A stretch of DNA of 20,835 bases from positions 1-20,835 of the forward strand of contig JAWQFM010000017.1 in NCBI GenBank assembly GCA_033442325.1. The letters are read 5' to 3'. A model generated the notes under the pieces. The model ran no database searches. It saw only the letters and a list, made by a program, of their open reading frames with translations, and was not told the DNA's origin. The translations under genes and the position numbers were made by a program. The stretch's first letter is position 1. Every line of letters starts with the position of its first letter. Source of the stretch: Salpingoeca rosetta (Eukaryota > Protista > Choanoflagellata). This document shows, piece by piece, positions 11,784 to 20,165 of the stretch.

Positions 11784-12269
11784 CTCGTGTGCATCGCATC
11801 AACGTTTCTTGTCAGTTCGCCCACGCCACCATGCCTGCGCCATCTTCCTCACCTCCCACCTCCTCATCTTCATCCCGCTCTCCTCTGCCTTGTGTTTCAT
11901 GTGCAGTACAGGCGCAGGCACTTGCTGCCATGTGCTCGTACGCCAGCATCAACGGCGTGCCCTCTCCGTGTGCAAACAACATGCTGCTCAACGACGTCGT
12001 GCGCGGGCAGTGGAAGCGTGACATGGTAACGATTGGAACTGACTGCAGTGCGATTTGCAAACATGGTCGACACCAACAAGTACGCCCGTGACTCCCGTCA
12101 ACGCTGCCGCGAAGACGCCGAACGGTGGCGTGGATATGGAGCTCGGGGAGACATACTTCACCACAAACGGCTACTTGGCGCAGGCTGTGAAGCAAACCCG
12201 CACGACAATGGACACGATGCACAACGCCGTGCGGCGGGTCCTCAAAGATAGCTTCATCACAGGCCAATG
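9650..12269 (+). pseudogene. Secreted WSC-domain + GH3 beta-xylosidase-like glycoside hydrolase (N-terminal TIM-barrel half only), pseudogene
   Basis: Exons: 9650/9659-9766 (signal peptide MAAGTALLFVVAVLCAAVQP); 9963-10147 and 10277-10388 (WSC: GCFRDSADNRTF...MTREACATLC...AVEYGYQCFCG...SDCNEPCTGASTEMCGAANRMNI); 10484-10658 (LPFCNASLSIGARLNDLIGRLSLQEKAG); 10828-10958 (RLDIPPY..ETNT..CATTFI/GPTGLGAAVNR); 11156-11237 (VISTEMRAFNN); ~11413-11488; 11620-11707 (GLKH..*VE..FNGNIS.SDLWDT); 11907-12269 (MCSYASINGVP.CAN..LL..VVRGQW..GTDC; nucleophile Asp codon 12041-12043; ..AVRRVL..FITGQ). Lesions: exon1/exon2 phase mismatch, +1 near 10926, TAG at 11643-11645, frameshifts near 11655, 12055 and 12095, the RDPRxGRxxExxGEDP exon is missing, and the C-terminal sandwich domain is absent. 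Confidence 0.9.
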
Positions 12270-12322
12270 GTATGTTTACTTGTGCTGGCTTTGTGCGTGC
12301 GTGTGTGTGTGTGTGTGTGTGT
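9767..12322. repeat. Five intronic (TG)n tracts in the plus-strand GH3 gene: 9767-9881, 10148-10208, 10959-11063, 11708-11777, 12293-12322
   Basis: Four begin at the donor GT itself; the fifth starts about 23 nt after the donor at 12270. Confidence 0.95.
9963..10370 (+). other. WSC carbohydrate-binding domain (two exons) within the GH3 pseudogene
   Basis: Canonical WSC cysteine spacing GC(F/Y)xD ... MTxExCxxxC ... GxEYGxQCFCG ... CNxxCxGxxxExCGxxxR, split by intron 10148-10276 (phase 0). Confidence 0.88.
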
Positions 12323-12458
12323 GCTTGTCCTCAAAGGCTCTTGTGAGTTTTGTGACCTTGAAGATGATGAAGCAGTGTTTGTTTCCTCAACACCTCACAA
12401 CCGTGCTGCCATTGCCTCTCATGCCATCCTCCCCTCCACACCACACCCTCTCCTCCAG

Positions 12459-15375
12459 GCATCGACGAGTGCACGGCCTGCGGACCCAAGCCTCACCTCC
12501 AGTAACGCCCGCTGCATCAGCGAGTGTCCCGACGGCAAGTATGAGCTCGGCCAACGGGTGTGCCGAATGCCACCCCACCAGACGCCACCGACTGCCTCAT
12601 GTACGACAGCAACCTCACCAGTCGCGCATTGCCCATTGCCCTCTCGATTACTTCTACGCCAAGGCCCACCGCTGCGTGCCATGCACCACGTGTGGCATGG
12701 GCACCTGGGCCTCCATCCCATGCTCCGCATCCTCCGACGCCGTCTGCTCTCCCTGGACCGAGTGCAAGCCTGGCCAGAAGTCTGTCTCTGGCAACGCCGT
12801 GCGCGACGACGCATGCGTGAGCTGCACCCTCGGCATGGAGTACCAGCCGCTGTCGGACCGCGCCTCGTGCTTCTCCACCAGCATGTGCGAGGACCCCTTC
12901 ATCGAGACCATCCCGCCCACGCTCACCACAGACCGCCTGTGCTCCTGTGACACGTTCACCTGCAACAAGCTCATCACGCAGCTGTTTGAGGAGATGGTGT
13001 GCGCCGAGCCCACGGACGAGCAGCTCGACGTGGTGCTTGACGTGTGCTGCCCCGACCAGGGCGAGGACGGCATCCGCGACACCATTCGCCAGATGGACGC
13101 CTACGAGGCACGCCACTCCTGCCCAGGCTGCACAGACACGTGCGAGTGCAGCGCTGGCTCCATCCTCGTCTACGACGCCGACTCGGCCGACTGTCGGCCA
13201 TGCGACGGCGTGACGGAGTTCTCCCCATCCATTGGCGGCAGCAAGTGCGCGCCCATTGAGGAGTGCGAGCGCGGCCAGGAGGAGGTTTCTGCGCCAACCC
13301 GCTGCTCCTCGGACCGCGTGTGCCGCGACTGCCCGGCCGGCACCATCGACGCGGACAGCGACGGTTCCACCGGTTGCCAGATGTGCCCCGCCAGCCACTA
13401 CACGGAGGCGGGCTCCCACGGCTCCTGCTCCAGCTTCACCTGCCACGCCAGCACCCACGACCACCACGACAGCGACCCTGCCACCCCGTGCAACGACGTC
13501 ACAGAGTGCGCGCCCGGGTTTGAGCAGGTGCAGGCGATGACACTCCTCATCAGTGACCGCGTCTGCGACGAGAAGTTGGAGGGCACGTACAAGGCCGTCT
13601 CTGGCCAGCCAGGGCGTGCCCTGCCTCCCTGTCACCACGTGCGACGCCCGCGTGGAGGAGACAGCCGACGCCCCCCCCCCCCCCCAACCGAGCGACCACG
13701 TGTGCAGCCAGTGCGAGCTTGGCGCCACCTTCAAGCCCGTCGAACGGCCGGGCCGAGTCATGCCGCCCCGTCACTCAGTGCGGTCCGGATGAGAACGAGA
13801 TTCGCTTCGTAAACGCACGCGCCAGCACGACCGCCTCTGCCGCAAGTGCGTCCAGGACACGTGCGTGGGCGTGACGCGTTGCACTGCCTGGGTGTACATT
13901 TCCATGCACGGCCGTGAGCGAGTGCGAGTTTGGCACCTTCCAGAGCCAGGTGCCCACGCTCGACTCCAACCGCGAGTGCACGCTGGAGTGCTCCGAGTGC
14001 CCCAGCGGCCGCTTCGAGATTCGCGCCTGCTCCGCGCTGGAGGACGTGCAGTGCGCCGGCTGCTCAGCGTGCCCGCCGAACACATACATCCTGCGCGCCT
14101 GCGACTCGGGAGAACGACGTCTCTTGCCAGCAGTGTAGCGCGTGCTCTAGTGAGCAGTACCGCAGCGCGCCATGCACCGCCACCAGCGACACGGAAGTGC
14201 ACGATACTCGACGTGTGCGACCAGGACCAGTTTGGGCTGTTCCCCGCCCCCACGCCAACCACGGACCGCATCTGCCGCGACCTGACCCAGTGCAACCCGT
14301 CGACGGAGTGCGAGCACACCGCCTGTGCCACCTCATTACCAAGTGCGACCCTGGCGAGCAGCGCGCATTCGAGCACCCACCTCAACCTCCGACACCAAGT
14401 GCAAGCCGTGCCCCATCGGCACCACCGACCACGACCGCAACCCGCTCACCGCCTGCCAGCCGTGCCCCCTACGGCCACTATGTGCCCGCGGGCTCCATCG
14501 ACTCCTGCGAGCAGTTCCTGTGCCCAGCCGGCACCGCGGACCTGGACCGCAACGCCAGGCTGGCGTGGACTTTGCCGCCCTCTCTAGCCCAGCGCGATTG
14601 CACTGATGTGACGGAGTGCGACCTCGGCTGTCATGAGGGAATGCGCCCTACCATGCGCCTCACCATCCTCACCGACCCACCAGTGCTGCCGCGGCATCGA
14701 GGGCCTGTTCTGCAGCGACAGCAACACAGACTTCTGCACACGCGGGTGTCGCCTGTGAGCCTGGCTCGTTTGAGACGGCAGCGTCCACCACCATCAGCAC
14801 GGACCGCGAGTGCCAGATGGGCCACACGTGCCCCGACAACACCCCGTTCATCTCGCGCCCGCTCACGCCCACGACGCAGAAACACAGACATCTGCTCGCC
14901 GTGGACGCAGTGCAGTGCCTGTGCAACAGAGTACGAGCTCGTTGCGCCGTCGCTGGTCAACGACCGCGAGTGCCAGCACATGCGCTCGTGCAAGGACACG
15001 GAGCGCGAGGTGTCGGCGCCCACGGCCACGACAGACCGCCTCTGTGCCACCATGAGCGACGCAGTTTGAAGCGCTCCCACCGTGCGTGCGTGCCCGCGTA
15101 CTCCGTCTCGCTCGTCTTTGACGCCAAGTTCAACGCCCTTGCCGGCACACAGTCGCGCCGCGAGGCGTTTGAGGCCGCGCTGGTGCAGTCCATCAACACG
15201 ACGCAGGACGCGTCGCAGATTCATTCTGCGCATCGACCTGCGCCAGGGCACCATTATTGCCACCGTCGCTTCCATCAACGAGGACTTTACGGCGCGCCTC
15301 TTCAACCGATCCGTCTCTGGCGACATCACTGATATGGGCTTCACCGCGTCAAAGTGCGAGGCCGACGCGTTCCTG
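12459..15375 (+). pseudogene. Large Cys-rich cell-surface protein remnant (furin-like/TNFR-like repeats, DxDxD-containing repeats, SEA-like segment near the end), heavily frameshifted, no introns seen
   Basis: Starts after acceptor CTCCAG (12458). Pieces in alternating frames: RCISECPDGKYE; CVPCTTCGMGTWASIPCSASSDAVCSPWTEC; PPTLTTDRLC; SDRVCRDCPAGTIDADSD; CSECPSGRFEIRACSALEDVQC; CSACSSEQYRSAPCTATSDT; PTPTTDRICRDLTQC; VAPSLVNDREC; VSAPTATTDRLC; YSVSLVFDAKFNALAG..REAFEAALVQSI; FILRIDLRQGTIIATV. Strong C/G third-position bias throughout, with many frame switches. No signal peptide or TM segment is retained. Confidence 0.85.
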
Positions 15376-15449
15376 GAACCTCGTCTCTTTGGTTGCACGG
15401 GTGCACACGCGATCCCACCCATTACACACAGCAACTGCTGCAGCCACTG

Positions 15450-15478
15450 GCACGCACGCACGCACGCACGCACGCACG
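15450..15478. repeat. (GCAC)n tetranucleotide repeat
   Basis: About 7 units, just downstream of where the Cys-rich remnant ends. Confidence 0.9.
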
Positions 15479-16449
15479 CTTGCGATTGCACGCGGACGCC
15501 ACATCCCCCACCAGGACAACAACCGCAGCCACCATCATCGCACACGCTGTGATCGAGTGCTGCCAGCACATGCCACCTTCACCTCCCACATCTTCGTCAT
15601 CATCATCATCCCTGCTGCCACCACCACCACCCACGACAGCAAACTGCTCAAGGCATTGGATGCTGTTGGCTTCTGGGACACCACGGCGTTTGTTGGAAGT
15701 GACACCAGCAGCAGTGATGGTGGTTGTGGTAGTGCACGCCATGGTAACAGCACCGACAGCTGAGGCGATGGTGGTGGTGATGGTGCTTGCATTCATCGCG
15801 AGTTCCAGCAACAACAAGGAGGTGGCCACCGTGCTTCTGGTGGGCACGCGTGTGCTGGCTGTTGTTGGTACCATGGCTGGCAACAGCTGCTGCTGCAATG
15901 CGAGGCAACGGCAGTGAAGAAGGAGATGGATGTATGTGGTGTGCATGGCGCGCAGCGACGCTTCCTTTGTGGTTGGCTGTGCAATTGCATGTGTGCGCAC
16001 ACCGATGACGACGACGATGAGACGGCGGCCAATCAAATCACTTCCCATCTGAAGAGCCACCGCGTCGTGGCTGGTGCACGCGTGCATCTCTTTCTTCCTG
16101 CAGGTCGACCATCGACAGAGCAGCGTTGCAGTGTGCCATGCGGTGTTTGATGATGCGTCGTTGTTGTTGTTGTTGCCACTGCGTTTGCTGTTTGTTGACA
16201 CGCACGCCGTGCATACTCAATTTCTTTCCTTCCTCCCTGCCTTCCTTCCCTCTTGCTGTTCTCTGCTCTGCCACTCTCCCTTGTCAGTGTTGTGTGTTTG
16301 GTTGCTGGTTGCCGTGTTGTGGTGATTCCATCTTGCATGTTCAATCGTTTCCCAACAGTACAGTGGGACAGAGCCAAGACATGAAGAAACGACAGCAACC
16401 CTCACACGGGCACACACGCAACACCAACACGCACATCCAAGCAAGAGAG

Positions 16450-19400
16450 GAAAGCAGAGCACAGAACACAGCACTGCTCAAGACAACAGCCATATTGTAT
16501 GGTGTTACTTGCAGTGCAGCCAAACAACCAAGTGCAAGGTGGCCTGCACCAACAACAACAAGGGCGCAGGCATCCACAAACCACCCCTGTCAAACTTGTC
16601 ACACACGCAATGTGTGTCAAGGGAGGCAACCACTGCAGGGGCACAGAAGACACACGAAGCAGGTCAGTCCATGGCGCTATTGCTGCTGCTGTACTTGAAC
16701 GCCTCGCACCAGTCCTTCAAGCAAGAGCCTCCAGTGTCAACTGCACTCGGTTGCCGTCCTTGTTAACTGGCAGGTGCTGTTGTCGTTTGCACCGTGTCTC
16801 GCGGATGGCCTGTGTGATGAAGCAGAATGCGTCCAGCACCACCGCGATTATGCCAGATGGATTGGGCAGTCCAGGACAAAAGAAGACAACACTGCAGCCT
16901 CCATCATCTTCTTTGCCATGTCAAGATGATGTCAGGTACGGCAATGCAGTGACATCGTAGTCGTCAAGCTTGTGCGCATCTGCGGGAGGTGTTGCTGGTG
17001 GAACAACAACGGGCACAATGGCGTAGGAGTGGCATCTGGGGTCTGTCGTTGGGCGGAGGTGGCACAGGTCAAACTGCTGTGTGGAGGATCATGGCGCGGT
17101 TCAGGGTCGGTCCCAGCGCCCACAGGGCAACCCTGCCTCGCGAAACGCTGCTTGAAACAGTGAGCAGGTGCTGGTGGTCGCACGTGACCATGTCATCTGC
17201 TCTGTCATTGCGATGCAGTATGGTGGTGTGCTGTAGTCGCACTTGATCACGCTCTCAACAGAGTTGACGAACAAGACGCTGCTGTGACGGGCAAAGACGC
17301 CGAACTTGACCGGAACGTTTCTGCTCACTTTGAGCTTGCTGAGGACCTTGTGGTCGGCGACGTCACACACAAACACGTCACCTCGCGCAGTGCCGATCGC
17401 CAGCAGGCTGTCATCAGTTGGGTGGGTCGCCATGGTGGTGGCGGTCATGTTGGCGTGCAGATCAGCCTCGTTCACAAACAAGTCATCCAACACCGCCGCA
17501 CGCGTCAGCNNNNNNNNNNNNNNNNNNNNNNNNNNNNNNNNNNNNNNNNNNNNNNNNNNNNNNNNNNNNNNNNNNNNNNNNNNNNNNNNNNNNNNNNNNN
17601 NNNNNNNNNTCACACCACTACTGCTGCCGCTCCTGCTGCTGTTGTTGCTGCTGCTGCTGGTCATGCTGCCGTTGTTGCAGCTGGTGGTGGTCATGCTGGT
17701 GGTGTTCAATGGCGTAGACGTGCACTGTGTTTCCGCACGCGCTAGCAAGCTTGTTGCTGCTGTCCGCAAACGCTGCGATGTGCGGAACACGAACGCCCGT
17801 GACCTCTTTGGGTTCTGCCAACGTCGCACGATCAACACAAACGGGCGCGTGTCGTTGTTGTTGCCGCTGCTGCTTCTGCTGCTGTTGTTGGCGCCACTGC
17901 TGCTGTCCCTTCATGTTGTGTTGTTGCTGATCGTGTGGATGTGAGGGTGCTGAGATCCCACACGCGCAAGTCGGTGGAGGTGGACGCAGTCACCAGGAAG
18001 CGGCCATCAGGGGTGACACGCAACGCATCCACGCCAGTACGCTTACGCTCCTTGCTCGCCGGTTCCGCCTCTACTTCCCCTCTCGCTGCTTCTCCGCCCA
18101 CGTCTTGTATCGTCTCCTCGCCATTACCGACAACATCAGCCCTCCACTCTGCAAGCAAGGTCGATGGCTCACCAAGCTGCCACAAAGAGATGACGCCCGT
18201 CTTGTTGCCCGCGATACAGAGTGGGCGTGACTGCCATGCAGCGCGTGTGTTCGGAGGTGGACGGCAAAGCACGACCGCCATGCACTTGAGGTCTGGCACG
18301 CGGTGCAGCTTGCACTGGTATGGCTCCTTCTGCCACCTCTGGATGACCCACGGAGTGCCACCGGACGCGGCGGCGCATGCAAGCTCAGCGCCAGGAAATG
18401 GATCCTCGAAGATGATGGTGCGTTCAGCTTCATGTCCACCCAAGCCGCAGATGAACACGCGGGAATAGAGGGGCCGATGAGGTGCTTGCCGTCCTTGGTC
18501 CACACCATGTCGGTTGCTGTGACGGGCACGCGCTGCTTGCATGTCAGCCTGTGCATGTCCCACATAAACGACTCAGCCACCAGCAGGCGGCCATCGGGGC
18601 TGGCGTTGACGTAGGAGTAGCCTTCATGCTCAGAAGAAACAGAAGGACACCTGCCAGGAGGCCTCAGAGAGACGAGAGTAGGAGTGCGTGTCTGCTTGGC
18701 TGCTTGATATGCATAAGATCCTGGGAAGACTGGTGCTGAAATGGATGTGCGATGTATATTCGTGGTTTGTGTTGAGAGGAAAGTGTTGTTGGATGGATGA
18801 GTGGCTGTGTTGAATGTGTTCGATGGTGTGAGCCAAAAGAACTGAGCCAACGCACGCAACGTGAACGGAACACGAAAGACAGGTCAAAGCACCAACAGAA
18901 GAGAAAGGAACAGCTGTTGCAGTGGGAAGAGCAGCAGCTTAAGGATGTACGTGTAGCACACACACACACATACACACACACGTCGCCATCCTCGTTTGTC
19001 AGGGCGACGTCGTCAAACACAAGCAGCTTCTTCTTCTTGGTGTCCAGGCCTGCCTCCTGTGCCAGGCGCTTGATGCTCTTGTCGGTTGGCGCGTCGCCTT
19101 GGCCCGTGGCCTCGGGCATCTTGCCAGAGCTCCTTGCCTTGCGCTCGCCTGGATGAGGGCGTTCACCTGCGTCCCGCCAGTCTGCATGATCTGGCGCATT
19201 CTGTGTGTTTGTGTGTTATGTGTGTTATGTGTGTGTGAGTGTGTGTGTGTGTGTGTGCGTGTGAGGATTCACAAGTGGGTGCAGTTGAGACTCACAGCAA
19301 CTGCTGCCAACTCAAACACACATACACACGCACACACACACGCACACACACACACACATTCAGACACTCTTCACCCTGCTTCGTGGCACCGCGTTGGGCA

Positions 19401-19497
19401 CGTACGATGGGGATGTCGATTGGCGGGAGCTTGGAGTCGTCAAGGTCAGGCTTGACAGGGTACACCTTGCGCTTGTTGATGAACCACGCCGCAACAT
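16450..19497 (-). pseudogene. WD40-repeat protein gene, frameshifted (pseudogene or poor assembly); 5' exons hidden in the gap
   Basis: Exons 19497-19375 (DVAAWFINKRKVYPVKPD...), 19200-18982 (..PTDKSIKRLAQEAGLDTKKKKLLVFDDVALTNEDGD), then a long exon from 18650 with WD blades: YVNASPDGRLLVAESFMWD, VWTKDGKHLIG, IAGNKTGVISLWQL, VDALRVTPDGRFLVTASTSTDLRVWDL, ATHPTDDSLLAIGTARGDVFVCDV, HLLTVSSSVSRGRVALWAL. Frameshifts near 19148, 18635, 18470 and 17200. The 3' end is uncertain. Spans the 100-N gap. Confidence 0.75.
17510..17609. other. Assembly gap (100 N, probably a placeholder size)
   Basis: Run of N inside the WD40 exon, next to CAG/CAA low-complexity sequence. Confidence 0.99.
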
Positions 19498-19591
19498 CTG
19501 TCTCCAAAACAAGGCACATCATGCGCAAGCATGAGGAACGGCATGAGAATTTGTGTGTGTATGTGTGTGTGTGTGCGCATGTGTGTGTGTG

Positions 19592-20041
19592 NNNNNNNNN
19601 NNNNNNNNNNNNNNNNNNNNNNNNNNNNNNNNNNNNNNNNNNNNNNNNNNNNNNNNNNNNNNNNNNNNNNNNNNNNNNNNNNNNNNNNNNNNNNNNNNNN
19701 NNNNNNNNNNNNNNNNNNNNNNNNNNNNNNNNNNNNNNNNNNNNNNNNNNNNNNNNNNNNNNNNNNNNNNNNNNNNNNNNNNNNNNNNNNNNNNNNNNNN
19801 NNNNNNNNNNNNNNNNNNNNNNNNNNNNNNNNNNNNNNNNNNNNNNNNNNNNNNNNNNNNNNNNNNNNNNNNNNNNNNNNNNNNNNNNNNNNNNNNNNNN
19901 NNNNNNNNNNNNNNNNNNNNNNNNNNNNNNNNNNNNNNNNNNNNNNNNNNNNNNNNNNNNNNNNNNNNNNNNNNNNNNNNNNNNNNNNNNNNNNNNNNNN
20001 NNNNNNNNNNNNNNNNNNNNNNNNNNNNNNNNNNNNNNNNN
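19592..20041. other. Assembly gap (450 N)
   Basis: Run of N that begins at a TG tract. Confidence 0.99.
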
Positions 20042-20102
20042 GAGAAAACGATCAGATGCGGTGTGGATGGTGTTGCCAGAGCGAACACAAACAACAAACA
20101 AA

Positions 20103-20105
<3 letters not shown>

Positions 20106-20155
<50 letters not shown>
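20106..20155. repeat. (CA)n microsatellite; sense (TG)n after the E1 donor at 20165
   Basis: CA run preceded by (CAAA)n. Confidence 0.96.
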
Positions 20156-20158
<3 letters not shown>

Positions 20159-20165
20159 TCCTCAC

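Noticed and set aside
12055-13812. 585-aa ORF as an intact gene
   Set aside because: It is a chance read-through of the last GH3 exon, an intron with a TG tract and part of the Cys-rich remnant. It starts at a non-ATG codon and leaves the true frame near 13600.
8549-15375. Programmed frameshifting, stop-codon reassignment or RNA editing as the explanation for the broken frames
   Set aside because: The lesions are heterogeneous (TAA and TAG, +1/-1/+8 indels, lost exons, missense changes in conserved motifs) and share no slippery motif. Decay or assembly error is simpler.
12517-15569. Long minus-strand ORFs (12517-13761, 13771-14385, 14631-15569)
   Set aside because: Antisense shadows of GC3-rich plus-strand coding sequence.
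15560-16150. Possible coding fragment (KLLKALDAVGFWDTTAFVG; TDDDDDETAANQITSHLKSH)
   Set aside because: No recognisable family, in-frame stops and no consistent exon borders.
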